In this document: one piece after another, positions 47,469-57,695 of the stretch
Position numbering within the stretch: the stretch's first letter is position 1
Layout of the letters: every line of letters begins with the position of its first letter
Origin: Candidatus Micrarchaeota archaeon
Lineage (GTDB): Archaea > Micrarchaeota > Micrarchaeia > Anstonellales > Bilamarchaeaceae
Direction: 5' to 3'
Assembly: GCA_016932815.1 (NCBI GenBank)
Contig: JAFGCC010000025.1
Location: forward strand, 7,133 to 71,132
Length of the DNA stretch: 64,000 nucleotides
Made by a program: the position numbers and the translations under genes
The notes under the pieces: model-generated
What the model saw: the letters and a program-made list of their open reading frames with translations, nothing else
Database searches by the model: none
What the model was told of the DNA's origin: nothing

Positions 47469-48452
47469 ATGAGCGAAGCCAATCGCCCAATCCCCATCCC
47501 CGCAGGCAGGCAGAAGCCCGGCCTAAAGCGCGGCAGGCTCAACTTTAAACTAGGAAGGGGCAGCTACGGAATCAATTGGGGCTCAAAAAAGAGTAATCCG
47601 GAGGGAACAAGGAGGCTTGCGGGCATCAATTTCCATGGGCTCGCAGAGTGCCAGGCAAAAACGCAGGCAGGCATAAACCTCTCCGCAGTTTCCGTTTCAA
47701 GCCACCAGGGGCGGCACGCCGGAAGCCAGTATGGGGTGAATGCCGCACTGGCTTCAACGCGCAGGAGCACCTTTGGCCTCAACATGTCCCTTGGCTCAAT
47801 AGTTTATAGGGCGCAGTCGGGCATCAATCTTGGCGTATTCCAGTGCGGGAGGCACAGCAGCGCATCCCAGAATGGAATATCCATCGGAGCCCTCAATGTC
47901 TTTCCAAAGCAGAGGGGCATCAACATAGGAGCCCTAAATATCGCAAACCAGTTCGGGATAAATATCGGGCTTGTAAACCAGGATTCTAACCAGATTGCCT
48001 ATTGCACAAAAGGCGGCACCCGGTTTAGGGGGCAGAAGGGAGTAACCTTAGGATTGACAAATGCAGTGGACTACCAGGACGGGGTTTCCTTCGGAGTAAT
48101 AGATTTCGTCTGGATTGCGGCAAGGGGGCTAAAAATTTCCATATTTTCCTTTGTCGAGAAGCTCAGGGGGGTGGCATTGGGCGCATTCTTGCGCATAAAC
48201 GATGCAAAGGGAATGGCGCTCTCCGCAGTCTCCAAAATCGCAAACCTTACGGGGCTATCCGTATCAGCCCTTCATGCAAGCGCGCAAACCCTAAGCAAGG
48301 GCGTGCTCATTGCCCCCATAACGCGGGTGGATGAGGGCCGCAATTCAACCGGGCTCCAGATAGGGCTCCTCAACATACGCAATGATGCGAGAATCAGGTA
48401 TCTCCCATTAATCGCAATCAGCGTTAGGAAAACCGGGGATGGGCCCTACTGA
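47469..48452 (+). CDS. Hypothetical repeat protein with roughly 9 tandem GINxG-type repeats
   Basis: GINWG, GINFHG, GINLSAV, GVNAAL, GLNMSLG, GINLGVF, GISIGAL, GINIGAL and GINIGLV recur at a period of about 18-22 aa. Confidence 0.4.
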   Translation: MSEANRPIPIPAGRQKPGLKRGRLNFKLGRGSYGINWGSKKSNPEGTRRLAGINFHGLAECQAKTQAGINLSAVSVSSHQGRHAGSQYGVNAALASTRRSTFGLNMSLGSIVYRAQSGINLGVFQCGRHSSASQNGISIGALNVFPKQRGINIGALNIANQFGINIGLVNQDSNQIAYCTKGGTRFRGQKGVTLGLTNAVDYQDGVSFGVIDFVWIAARGLKISIFSFVEKLRGVALGAFLRINDAKGMALSAVSKIANLTGLSVSALHASAQTLSKGVLIAPITRVDEGRNSTGLQIGLLNIRNDARIRYLPLIAISVRKTGDGPY

Positions 48453-48564
48453 CACCCCACCAATCGCAGAAGAAAAACCGTGCAACTGGCCAAAAAATGG
48501 AAAACGGAAAAATCCGAAAAAAGGGGAGAAAAGAAAACTCCCTCTGGGAAAAGGAGAAAAGAAT

Positions 48565-48948
48565 TCAATTTACGAGAACGCCGTTTACGAGGCCGTCCTG
48601 GCCCACGCGGTTGGTTACGCGGACTTTTCCCAGCGAAGTGTTGAGGATTGCGCCCTTGGTAATTATGTTCTGCCTCGCGTAGTGCGGGTTGTGGCTCTCT
48701 ATTACGCCCTCGATTTTCGCCTTCTGGCTCTTGCCCTCAACGACCACGTTCACGTACGCCGCCCTCTTGATTCTCGGGCGGGTGGTTCCGCCGCGCTTCC
48801 TCATGGTTTCCTTGCGCCCTTCTTCTGCCACCTTGGTAGCGGAGAACACGCCTCCCATGTGAGAGAGCTTCTTGTCCCTGTAGCGGCCCTTTCTTCCCCC
48901 GCTGCCGGAGGAGACCTTCTTTTTGCGAGCTTCATGATATTCGTCCAT
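48565..48948 (-). CDS. rps8e: 30S ribosomal protein S8e
   Basis: NPHYARQNIITKGAILNTSLGKVRVTNRVGQDGLVNGVLV matches the S8e C-terminal consensus. Confidence 0.75.
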   Translation of the reverse strand: MDEYHEARKKKVSSGSGGRKGRYRDKKLSHMGGVFSATKVAEEGRKETMRKRGGTTRPRIKRAAYVNVVVEGKSQKAKIEGVIESHNPHYARQNIITKGAILNTSLGKVRVTNRVGQDGLVNGVLVN

Positions 48949-49031
48949 TCCAATTCCACCTGATTCTATGAATAGTAAGCTTCATTTATAGGATAGTAAT
49001 ATTTTAATACCTGCCCCTTCCCAATCCATCC

Positions 49032-49430
49032 ATGCTCGCGGTTTTTGGCTCCTCGGATTTAAGCGCACAAGAGCTTGAAAAAAAGGCAAAAGGGGAGGGA
49101 ATCCTCCTCATAAACCCCAAAAAGGTAAATTGCCTAGAAGAGCTCAATCTGGCCGAGGCGCTCTCAAGTGCCGCAATAAGAGAGGGGAGGAACATCGCAA
49201 AGAAAGAGGAAGCGGAATTCCTTCTTTGGCTCTCTGCGAAAACCAACATAAAAAGCGCATTCGATTCCCATTCTTTCAAAACCCCAAAAGAGCTGCTCCT
49301 AGTCTCGCTCAACAAAAAGCACTCAAAGCCAAGGCTCTTAGAACTCTTCATGATGAAGGAAGAACAGCCGGAGTTAAGGGAGGAGGCGACCCCGGATGAA
49401 ATAGAGGGAATCTCGCTTTCAAGAATCTAG
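49032..49430 (+). CDS. Possible Cgi121-like KEOPS subunit
   Basis: VFGSSDLSAQELEKK...LINPKKVNCLEELNLAEALSSA...EFLLWLSAKTNIKSAF resembles the Cgi121 pattern. This is a weak assignment. Confidence 0.3.
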   Translation: MLAVFGSSDLSAQELEKKAKGEGILLINPKKVNCLEELNLAEALSSAAIREGRNIAKKEEAEFLLWLSAKTNIKSAFDSHSFKTPKELLLVSLNKKHSKPRLLELFMMKEEQPELREEATPDEIEGISLSRI

Positions 49431-49479
49431 CTCCTGGATAATAGCATGCTCGTTGCAAGCCTTCTGCGGAACCCGCCAC

Positions 49480-51180
49480 TCAGGCGCTTCCTTCTTTTAG
49501 CCCCTCAAGGAGCACGTCCTCATCAATTGGCAGTTCGATTCCCAGGAGCTTGTGTATGAACATGAAGATTTGCACGACTTTTTCGGTGTCCTTGGAGGTC
49601 TGCCTCGCCATCTCACGAAGGTCCATGTCCTTGCCGATTAGCTGGTAGAGCATTACGCCCTCCCTGCCGTATCTCTTGTAAACAGAATACCCGTCTTCCC
49701 CGTATTTCCTCTGGATTTCGGGGCGCGCGGCGGGCTCTAGTTTCACAACCCCGTCGCGCTGCAAAACATCCAGTATCTCGCAAACAGTATAGAGGGGCAG
49801 CCCGGTTTTTATGGAAAGCTCCACCGCGTCCCGGCTCCCGTTGATTAATTCAAGCACCTTTACACCCGGCTGCTTGTATTTTAGCATAAGGTTGGTCTTT
49901 GCCTGGAGCTCCTTTATCATCCCGCCCCCGACCTTGTTTGGCACTGTGAGGGTAAATGCCTTCCCTTCCTCTCCCCCAAGCGGCTTGTCGGGGGTGCTCT
50001 GCTCTTCTAGCATCGGCGCAAAGCCGATGTCCGCTTTGGCAGTGGCCGCAGCGGAGGATGCGGGCGCCGATGGCCCGGAAGACGGCTTTTTCGCCCCCGG
50101 GTGCTCAAGCTTGATTATGCCCTCTTTCTCCATGAAATCGAGCATCTCAATTAGCGTTTTCTCGGTTACCCCGGTTGAGCGCATAATCTCTTCTGCGGTC
50201 CTCTGCCCGTCTATTAAGTTATATACCTTGATTCCCTTCTCCCCGTATTTTGCTTTTATCTTCTTCTCTCCGGGGGTAAGGAAAATGTCCTCTTCGTCTT
50301 CTTCTGAGGATTCCTCACCGGGGCCTTCCCCGCTATCTGGCGCAATCTCCCTCTCGGAAGTGCCGAATTCCTCCTCCCCAGGCTCCTCCTTTTGCTTCCC
50401 CTTCTTGGGCTTTTCCTCCTCTTCCTCTTCGGCAGGCTCTTCCGGCGCGGCTTCCTCCTCGCCGAAATCAAGTGGCATTAGCTCGTCTTCTTCCGCCGCG
50501 GGAGCCTCCTCCTCCTTTGCAGCAGGCTCAGGCTCCTCCTCTTGCTTCCCCTCCTTGGGCTTTTCCTCTTCGGCGGGCTCCTTGGTTTCCCCCTCCTTGG
50601 GCTCCCCTTCCTCCTCTTTCTCTGCGGCCTCTTCCACCCCGAATTCCATTTCAGGGCTGATTTCGGAGTCGTCTCCAATGGGCGTTATCTCCTCTTCCTC
50701 CTCCGGAGCTATTTCCTCTTCGGGAGCAATCGTTATGGGGGTTGGCTCCTTGGGCTTGCCCTTCTTGGGTTTTGGCTCCTCCTCTTCCTCCGGCTCAGGC
50801 TTCTCCTCTTCCTTCTTCCCGGGCGCCTCCTTCTCCCCCTCTTTTTCCTCTTTTGCAGGCGCCTTCTTCGCGGGCTCTTCCTCTTTGGCTTCGCCCACGT
50901 CCTCAATCATCCCTTTTTTCTCAAAGAAGCCTAGTATCTCAAGGACGTCTTTTTTCTCCATGCCGGTTTTCTCAAGGAGCTCCTTTACGCTGATGCCGCT
51001 TTTCCTAACTGAGCGGTATACTTTTAGCCCGTCTTTCTTGAATTTCTTGAGTATTATGTTCTGGTTCTTGAATTTCTGGAGGCTGTTTTTCTCAACCTTC
51101 CGGATTTCCCTTGCGAGTTCCTTGTCGCCTGCCATTTTTTTCGTTTTCTCCTGCTGCTCTTGCGAGTTTACGCATAACAT
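49480..51180 (-). CDS. Hypothetical protein with four repeats of a roughly 50-aa winged-helix-like module separated by very long acidic Glu/Pro/Lys-rich low-complexity linkers
   Basis: The repeats are KKFKKDGLKVYRSVRKSGISVKELLEKTGMEKKDVLEILGFFEKKGMIE, KYGEKGIKVYNLIDGQRTAEEIMRSTGVTEKTLIEMLDFMEKEGIIKL, KYKQPGVKVLELINGSRDAVELSIKTGLPLYTVCEILDVLQRDGVVKL and KYGEDGYSVYKRYGREGVMLYQLIGKDMDLREMARQTSKD. An alternative start is at 51135. Confidence 0.5.
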   Translation of the reverse strand: MLCVNSQEQQEKTKKMAGDKELAREIRKVEKNSLQKFKNQNIILKKFKKDGLKVYRSVRKSGISVKELLEKTGMEKKDVLEILGFFEKKGMIEDVGEAKEEEPAKKAPAKEEKEGEKEAPGKKEEEKPEPEEEEEPKPKKGKPKEPTPITIAPEEEIAPEEEEEITPIGDDSEISPEMEFGVEEAAEKEEEGEPKEGETKEPAEEEKPKEGKQEEEPEPAAKEEEAPAAEEDELMPLDFGEEEAAPEEPAEEEEEEKPKKGKQKEEPGEEEFGTSEREIAPDSGEGPGEESSEEDEEDIFLTPGEKKIKAKYGEKGIKVYNLIDGQRTAEEIMRSTGVTEKTLIEMLDFMEKEGIIKLEHPGAKKPSSGPSAPASSAAATAKADIGFAPMLEEQSTPDKPLGGEEGKAFTLTVPNKVGGGMIKELQAKTNLMLKYKQPGVKVLELINGSRDAVELSIKTGLPLYTVCEILDVLQRDGVVKLEPAARPEIQRKYGEDGYSVYKRYGREGVMLYQLIGKDMDLREMARQTSKDTEKVVQIFMFIHKLLGIELPIDEDVLLEGLKEGSA

Positions 51181-51474
51181 TCCCCATAATCTTTATTAAC
51201 CCGTATTCTCCCTTCCCGCCGCGGAAACGCCCCGCCCGCAGCGCGCAACCATCTCCAGCACCCTCCTTCCCGCCCCCGCCGGCCATGGGGATGGCCGGCG
51301 CTGTAGAAAACATGTTTGGGATGGGGCATCAGGGCAGTTTCGGGTTTTGCGTTGCGGGTTGTGCGCTCCCTCCAGAGCCCAAAACCCTAAACCCAAAACA
51401 AGGGGGCCAGGCATCCTTTCTACAAAGCCGGGATGACCGAAATCTTTTAAATACAAAATGCAGGATTAGCACGC

Positions 51475-53193
51475 ATGGAAATGGAGGACCTCCTAATAAG
51501 CACGGGTGTAGATTCACTCATACGCCTCGTAAAGGAGAGGGGGAAAGTGGAGCTCCTAATGGCCTCCGAACTCCTGGGCCTCCCGCAGGCAACCGTGGAG
51601 GACTGGGCGCACATTCTCGAGGAAGAAGGCATAATAAAGATAGACTACCAGCTCACAAAAGTCCATTTCGTCTGGGTCCCCCCGACAGCCGAGGAAATAG
51701 AAACCAAGAAACAGGTTTTCCAGAGGCGCAAGGGCCAGCTTGAAACCGACATCTCAACGCTTGAGGAAATCCAGGAAACCGGCAAGAGCGAACTCCAGGC
51801 ATACTCGGACGTTCTTGATAAAATCTCGGACAAGTTCTCCAAGGACTTTGAGAAACTAGACGAGCTATCCAAGCAGATTGAAACCGCCAGGGGCGCAAAG
51901 GAGGAAGCCTCCCGCGCATCGCTGGAGAAGATGGAGGGGTTCAATTCCAAGCTGGATGACATGGAGGAATCCCTGCAGGAACTTGAGGCCCAATTAAAGG
52001 GCGCGTCCAGGGATTTCGGGAAATCCGGCGCCAAGGACAAGATGGGCTCAATTGCAAAGTCAAAAGAGCACATAGCCGAACTAGGCGCAAAGCTAGACGA
52101 GCTTGCAAAGCGCGTGGAAACCCTGGGGGGCAAGAAAGGCTCCGGCGGCAAGGTGGACGTAGGGAGCGTAAAATCCGACTTTGAGGCCATGCGCAAGGAT
52201 TTCGCCCGCGTGCGCAAGGAATCCGAAACCCTTGGCTCGATGATTTCGGAGTTCAAGGCAAACGCGGACATGATAAAAGAGGCCATGCCCCACATAAAAC
52301 AGCTCTCAAGCGGCGCCGCACGCGCCAAGAAGGAGCTGGAAGCCGAATACGCGAAACTGGAATCGCTCAAAAAGGAGCTGCCCGCACTTGAGAAGCACAT
52401 AAAAGACGACCTTGAAGTGGCAGGTCAGTACGCGGAAACAATCCGCATCGCCCACGATGTCCTAGACAAGGTCCCCTCAAAGGGGGAAATCCTAAAGCGC
52501 ATGGACGCGCTTGAGAAAGAGGAGGGCCGCATGGCCTCCGAGTTCCGCAAGATGGAATCCCTGCTCTCTGGAGTAGAAGGCAGCGTCCTCTCAATTGGCG
52601 ACCTCATGGAGGAGCTTGAGGCGATGAAGGATGAAATTGAGGGCGCCCGCGAGCAGCTCTCATCCGATGCGGAAGAGGTCCTCTCCTCAATAGAGGAGGA
52701 AACCTCCACCTACTCAACATTCCAGAAGATAAAGGCAAAGGCAAAGACCTCAATAGATGCATACCTCGCCCAGCTTGCGAAAATCCGCAAGGAGAGCGCC
52801 CAGATAAAAAAGGAAATTGAGGAGGCCGAGAAGGCGGGCAGGGACAAGGCGCAGGAGCTATCCAAGTCCGTTTCCCCGCAAACCGCCAAGGAGGCGCTTG
52901 AACTAGTGGAGCAGCTCCGCAAGAAGAGGGAGGAGCTCCAGAAAATCCGCAGGCTAATATCCGATTTGCACTCGCGCTCCAGCATGATAGAGAAAAACGT
53001 AAAGCTGCTATCAAAGGAAGCCAAGCTAATATCCCTCCGCGAAGGGGGGCAGGGAGCCCCTGCCAAAAAGGGGGGTTTGGAAGCGGGCAAAACAAAGGAA
53101 AAAGCGGCGCTAACTACCGAAGAGCAGCAGGACTTCGAGCGCAAAAGGAAGGAATTAAAAAGCCTAATACGTAAGTTATGGGAATCCGACTGA
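51475..53193 (+). CDS. Coiled-coil protein with N-terminal copy of the same winged-helix-like module; first gene of the pilus-type locus
   Basis: The N-terminus LLISTGVDSLIRLVKERGKVELLMASELLGLPQATVEDWAHILEEEGIIKI is followed by about 500 aa of heptad-rich, charged sequence. Confidence 0.5.
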   Translation: MEMEDLLISTGVDSLIRLVKERGKVELLMASELLGLPQATVEDWAHILEEEGIIKIDYQLTKVHFVWVPPTAEEIETKKQVFQRRKGQLETDISTLEEIQETGKSELQAYSDVLDKISDKFSKDFEKLDELSKQIETARGAKEEASRASLEKMEGFNSKLDDMEESLQELEAQLKGASRDFGKSGAKDKMGSIAKSKEHIAELGAKLDELAKRVETLGGKKGSGGKVDVGSVKSDFEAMRKDFARVRKESETLGSMISEFKANADMIKEAMPHIKQLSSGAARAKKELEAEYAKLESLKKELPALEKHIKDDLEVAGQYAETIRIAHDVLDKVPSKGEILKRMDALEKEEGRMASEFRKMESLLSGVEGSVLSIGDLMEELEAMKDEIEGAREQLSSDAEEVLSSIEEETSTYSTFQKIKAKAKTSIDAYLAQLAKIRKESAQIKKEIEEAEKAGRDKAQELSKSVSPQTAKEALELVEQLRKKREELQKIRRLISDLHSRSSMIEKNVKLLSKEAKLISLREGGQGAPAKKGGLEAGKTKEKAALTTEEQQDFERKRKELKSLIRKLWESD

Positions 53194-53203
53194 TGGTGAA
53201 TCA

Positions 53204-55087
53204 ATGGCCAGGAGCAAGAAATCATCCAAAAAACCGGGCAGCAAGCCTGCCTCAAAGAAGACCGTAGAGGAAATAGTCAAGAAAATCAAGGAATCCCGGG
53301 CCATGAGGGAACGGGAGGTTCCCGCAGATGAGCCCGAAGATGATGAAATGCCTGCATTGGAACCCTCCAGCAGGAAAGAAGACTTCCCCCGCATAGAAGA
53401 CGAGGGCGTCCCCCCGCTTGAAGATTCGGAAGAGGAAGGCGGGGATGATGGGGAAGACGATGATGAGGATGAAGGAGTGCCCTCGCCATCAGTGGGCGCT
53501 GCGCCCCCAAGCCCTTCTGAGAAAGCAGAAATTCCAAAAGAGCTTGAAGTTGCGGCAATGGTTGAGCGCACACAGGAGTTTGAGCCCATTGCAGAGAGGC
53601 CCGCCTCCAGGCACAAGGTCCTTGATTCATACACTTTCCTAAGCGAGGCAATCCCGGTTGAAATCTCCATACTCCGGAAGGAGGATTTCGTGCCCATCTA
53701 CTCAATTTCAATCCCCGGAATCGCGGGAGGCACCAAGCTCCTTTTGGAAACCAAGCTCCGGGCAGAGCTGATTTCGGATGTGAAACTCGACATAACCGAA
53801 ATCCTCGACCCAAAGAAGCAGCAGATGGTCAAGGCGAAATTCCAGGATTCGGCCATGCGCGTATTGGGCAGGAACTTTGCCCAGCTCCCGGAATCCAAGA
53901 TGAGGATTCTAGCGTCCTACCTAATCCAGAACACCCTGGGCCTAGGGGAACTGGAAACCCCCCTCCACGATGACTTCCTAGAAGAAGTCGTTGTCAACAA
54001 CTCCCGGGACCCGGTCTGGGTTTACCACAAGAAATACGGCTGGTGCAAGACCAACCTCCGCCTAAAAAACGAGGAGCGCATCTACGATTATGCGGCACTC
54101 GTTGCAAGGAAGGTGGGAAGGCAGATAAACATCCTCTCTCCGCTGCTTGATGCGCACCTCCCAAGCGGGGACCGTGTAAATGCAACCCTGTTCCCGGTTT
54201 CCAACTACGGAAACACGCTTACAATCAGGAGGTTCTCAAGAAACCCCTGGACGATTACCAACCTGATTCGGGGCAAGACGATAAGCCCCGAGGTCGCCGC
54301 CACAATCTGGCTGTGCGTGCAGAGCGAACTCTCATTGGTAGTCGCAGGAGGGACCGGAAGCGGAAAAACCTCGTTCCTAAACGCCCTCTCCGGGCTAATC
54401 CCGGCAAACCAGAGGATAATCTCAATTGAGGACACAAGGGAGCTTACGCTTCCTTCATTCCTGCACTGGGTGCCCATGGTCACAAGGGAGCCAAACCCCG
54501 AAGGCAAGGGTGAAGTCTCCATGCTTGACCTGATGGTCAATGCGCTGCGCCAGAGGCCCGACCGCATAGTTGTCGGAGAAGTCAGGAGGCAGAGGGAAGC
54601 GGAAGTGCTCTTTGAGGCGATGCACACCGGGCACTCGGTATACGCAACCCTCCACGCGGATAACGCCCAGCAGACAATCAGCAGGCTGGTGAACCCGCCA
54701 ATCAACGTGCCGGAGGAGAACCTGGATGCACTTGCGGGCGTGGTCGTCCAGTACCGCCAGAGGAGGAAGAACGTGCGCAGGACCCTTGAGTTTGCGGAAG
54801 TGCAGAAGATGGGCAAGCTAAACACCATCTACCGCTGGGACTCCAAGCGCGATGTGACCGTGAAATCCGGCAACCTCAGCTCAATTGCAAACACGATCGA
54901 ACTCTACTCCGGGCTTACCCCCAGGGAGATAGATGCGGAAATATTGGAGAAGGTGTCCGTCCTCAACTGGATGGTCAAGCACGGCTACGAAGCCGTCAAC
55001 GAGGTAGGTTCGATAGTTTCCCATTACTACCGGGACCCAGAAGAGGTTCTCGGTGCGGTAAAAAGGAAAGCCAAATGGGAGTTCTGA
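53204..55087 (+). CDS. Archaeal FlaI/ArlI-like type II/IV secretion ATPase (GspE/VirB11 superfamily) with acidic N-terminal extension
   Basis: Walker A AGGTGSGKTSFLNAL. Asp and His boxes IVVGEVRRQREAEVLFEAMHTGHSVYATLHA. N-terminal low-complexity D/E-rich region. Confidence 0.85.
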   Translation: MARSKKSSKKPGSKPASKKTVEEIVKKIKESRAMREREVPADEPEDDEMPALEPSSRKEDFPRIEDEGVPPLEDSEEEGGDDGEDDDEDEGVPSPSVGAAPPSPSEKAEIPKELEVAAMVERTQEFEPIAERPASRHKVLDSYTFLSEAIPVEISILRKEDFVPIYSISIPGIAGGTKLLLETKLRAELISDVKLDITEILDPKKQQMVKAKFQDSAMRVLGRNFAQLPESKMRILASYLIQNTLGLGELETPLHDDFLEEVVVNNSRDPVWVYHKKYGWCKTNLRLKNEERIYDYAALVARKVGRQINILSPLLDAHLPSGDRVNATLFPVSNYGNTLTIRRFSRNPWTITNLIRGKTISPEVAATIWLCVQSELSLVVAGGTGSGKTSFLNALSGLIPANQRIISIEDTRELTLPSFLHWVPMVTREPNPEGKGEVSMLDLMVNALRQRPDRIVVGEVRRQREAEVLFEAMHTGHSVYATLHADNAQQTISRLVNPPINVPEENLDALAGVVVQYRQRRKNVRRTLEFAEVQKMGKLNTIYRWDSKRDVTVKSGNLSSIANTIELYSGLTPREIDAEILEKVSVLNWMVKHGYEAVNEVGSIVSHYYRDPEEVLGAVKRKAKWEF

Positions 55088-55096
55088 GGCAGCAAA

Positions 55097-56779
55097 ATGG
55101 ATTTTCGCACGGCAACGGATGAAGTGTACCGGGTTGAGCAGAACGCAAAGGAATACGTTCCCCCAAAGGCACAAATGCAGGAGGCCAAGCGCCCCCTTGA
55201 GCTCTCGCCCCCGGACATAAGCGAAATGGAGTATAAAGACATAATCAGCCAGTATATGCGCCTAGAAAAGATAATTAGCGCCTCAAGCATGGACATGGGC
55301 CTTGGAGGCAGGGGGGGAGCGCCCTCTGCGGCAGCCCCTTCGGCAAAGAAGGTCGCGGAAGTGGAGCAGGAGATGCAGAAAATCGCAATCAAGGGCGCAA
55401 AGGAAGCCGCCCAGATTTCCGCCCCAACCCCCCAGGCAAAAGAGGAGCTTGAAGTCTCAAAGCGCCTCCCAATCACTTCTAGCGGGGCTGAGCGCGAAGA
55501 GCCTGCTTACGGGCCAGAGCCCGAAGAGGAGCCCAAGCCTCCCGAGATTCCCGCGGAGGCAGGGGAAGAAGAGCCCCAGAAGACCGTTGGGGAAGATGAG
55601 ATGGAACTCCCGTTTGAGGAGCCTTCAGCAGAAGAGGGAGAGGCTCCCGCAGAAGCAAAGGAGGAAGAAGAAAGCTGGGAAATCCCCTTAGAGAGCGGGG
55701 GCGAGCCAGCACCTTTGCAGGAGGCAAAGGAGCCGGAGCCCCCCAAGCCCCCAGAACCTACGGAAGAATCCGCAGCGGCAGGTGTGCCCTTCGGGTTTGA
55801 GGAGCTTCCAGATGAGATGCCCTCAACTTCTGCAAAACCTTCCGCCAAGGAGATGGGCATAACCCCGACAATTCGCATACCCGTTCCCGCATTCTTGTCC
55901 GAATCCCCAATAGAGAAGGCGGAAGCCGCAATCTCCAGGCTGGAAGTGCAGGTTGGCGCCCAGATGACCGGGAAGAAGACCAAGAAAGTGGATTCTGCCG
56001 AAACCAAGAAGCGCATGCTGGAACTAACAAGGGAACTCTTCAAGGAGCGCTCAATGAACCGCCGCGCGGAAATCAAGAAGGAAATAGTCATGCTAAAAGA
56101 GCTCCTCACCAAGGGAGGCAAGGGAGCCAAGGCCAAGAGCGGCGGCCTCCCGGAAGGCTCAATGTATTCTGCCCTCCGCAGCGAGCAGGATTATGAATTC
56201 AAGGAAGCCCTTGACAAGGTCCAGGAAATCTATGAGGAAAACAAGAAGATGCTCGTTTCCGCAATGGACGCAAAGCGCGCAATAGAGCACCGCGAGCCCG
56301 CATTTGAGGCATTCTCCAAGAGCATGGTGGATTTGGAGCAGGGGCTTGATTTGCTTGTGGACAAATACCAGGATTTCCTTGCCAAAAAGCACGTTTCCGA
56401 ACTAGAAAAGCTGGATGAGCGCGGGCAGGCAACCAAGGATTCTTCCAAGCTCGCAGCCAGCCTGGAAGACAAATACTCACGCGAGTTTTCCTCGCTAAAG
56501 AACACGATTGGGGAGCAAATCCACTCCCAGATAGAATCCACCCGCGCGGTGCTCTTTGAGTCCGCGGGAGACCCCGCGGCACAGAAGCTCTCGCAGGTGG
56601 CAAACGCTTCGGAGGAAACGGTATTCAACTTCCTCCAGGCAAGGGATTCGCGCACCTACGAGAGATACGCAAGGGGCGAGATTACCCGCGCCCAGGCCCT
56701 ATCAAGTGCCCGCAGGCTCATGGCAAAGGAGCTGGGCGTGGACGAAGATTCCATAAACAAGACATTCGGGGGCAAATAA
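55097..56779 (+). CDS. Hypothetical acidic/coiled-coil protein of the pilus locus
   Basis: E/P-rich low-complexity centre, predicted helical C-terminal half. It sits between the ATPase and the membrane components. Confidence 0.45.
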   Translation: MDFRTATDEVYRVEQNAKEYVPPKAQMQEAKRPLELSPPDISEMEYKDIISQYMRLEKIISASSMDMGLGGRGGAPSAAAPSAKKVAEVEQEMQKIAIKGAKEAAQISAPTPQAKEELEVSKRLPITSSGAEREEPAYGPEPEEEPKPPEIPAEAGEEEPQKTVGEDEMELPFEEPSAEEGEAPAEAKEEEESWEIPLESGGEPAPLQEAKEPEPPKPPEPTEESAAAGVPFGFEELPDEMPSTSAKPSAKEMGITPTIRIPVPAFLSESPIEKAEAAISRLEVQVGAQMTGKKTKKVDSAETKKRMLELTRELFKERSMNRRAEIKKEIVMLKELLTKGGKGAKAKSGGLPEGSMYSALRSEQDYEFKEALDKVQEIYEENKKMLVSAMDAKRAIEHREPAFEAFSKSMVDLEQGLDLLVDKYQDFLAKKHVSELEKLDERGQATKDSSKLAASLEDKYSREFSSLKNTIGEQIHSQIESTRAVLFESAGDPAAQKLSQVANASEETVFNFLQARDSRTYERYARGEITRAQALSSARRLMAKELGVDEDSINKTFGGK

Positions 56780-56804
56780 TCCGCCCCCAAAGCGGTGAAT
56801 ACAC

Positions 56805-57692
56805 ATGAACCAGAAACAACAAGTGACTCCCGTTGCCCTTCCGGCAAGGAACTACGCTTCAAGGAGCGCACTGCGCTCCATCTCAGAATACCTGCTCCCC
56901 TATTTCCCGGCAGTAAGGAAGCAGATGGTCTTGGGGGGAATGGCGGAAACCCCCGAGAGGTTCATGGACAAGGTTGTGCTCTCCGCACTATTTGCGGCGT
57001 TTGCGCTCACAATATTATCCTTCTCGGTGCTGCACGCTCTCCAGATGGAAACTATCCTCTCGCTCCTGGTTTTCCCGCTTTTTGCGATAATCGTTTTCTT
57101 CTACCTGATGATGTACCCCACAGTCATGGTGCTAAAGAGGAAGAGGGCGATAGACTATGAGCTCGTTTTCGCGGTCAGGCACCTCCTAATAGGAATCCGC
57201 TCCGGGATGCCCCTCTTTGATGCGATGGTCGGGGTTTCCCGCGGATATGGGGAAGTGAGCAGGGAGTTTAGCAAAATCGTGGAAAAAGTCACCCTCGGAA
57301 TGCCGATTTCCCAGGCAATGCGCGAAATCGTGCAGGTAAACCCTTCTCCCGCATTCAGGAGGGTAATGATACAGCTTGCAAACGCCGTGGGTTCCGGAGG
57401 CGATGTCGCAGACGCCCTTGAAGTGGTCCTAAACCAGATTTTCAAGGAGCAGGTAATTGAGCTAAAAGCTTATGGGCAGAAGCTCAACCCGCTAATAATG
57501 TTCTACATGATTTTCGGCATAATCTTCCCCTCATTGGGGCTCGCATTTGCGATAATACTGTTCTCCTTCCTGGGTTCTGGGAGGTTTGAGCTCAACGCGT
57601 TTGTGCTCCTGCTGTTTTTGCTGATGGTATCTGTAATACAGTTCATGTTCCTTTCAATAGTGGAGAGCTCAAGGCCGAAGTATGCATTCTGA
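56805..57692 (+). CDS. FlaJ/TadB-like membrane protein (T2SS-F domain), first half of a split FlaJ
   Basis: T2SSF-type cytoplasmic domain (VFAVRHLLIGIRSGMPLFDAMVGV...) flanked by TM helices. Confidence 0.7.
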   Translation: MNQKQQVTPVALPARNYASRSALRSISEYLLPYFPAVRKQMVLGGMAETPERFMDKVVLSALFAAFALTILSFSVLHALQMETILSLLVFPLFAIIVFFYLMMYPTVMVLKRKRAIDYELVFAVRHLLIGIRSGMPLFDAMVGVSRGYGEVSREFSKIVEKVTLGMPISQAMREIVQVNPSPAFRRVMIQLANAVGSGGDVADALEVVLNQIFKEQVIELKAYGQKLNPLIMFYMIFGIIFPSLGLAFAIILFSFLGSGRFELNAFVLLLFLLMVSVIQFMFLSIVESSRPKYAF

Positions 57693-57695
57693 GGG

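Noticed and set aside
49811-51199. 462-aa Ser/Phe/Leu-rich ORF on the plus strand
   Set aside because: Shadow ORF antisense to the GAG/GAA/AAG-rich acidic linker of the real minus-strand gene at 49480-51180.
51181-51474. Possible ncRNA or tRNA in the roughly 290-bp GC-rich gap between the divergent pilus-locus head genes
   Set aside because: No cloverleaf-compatible T-loop or anticodon arm could be traced by eye. It is more likely a divergent promoter region, and is left uncalled.
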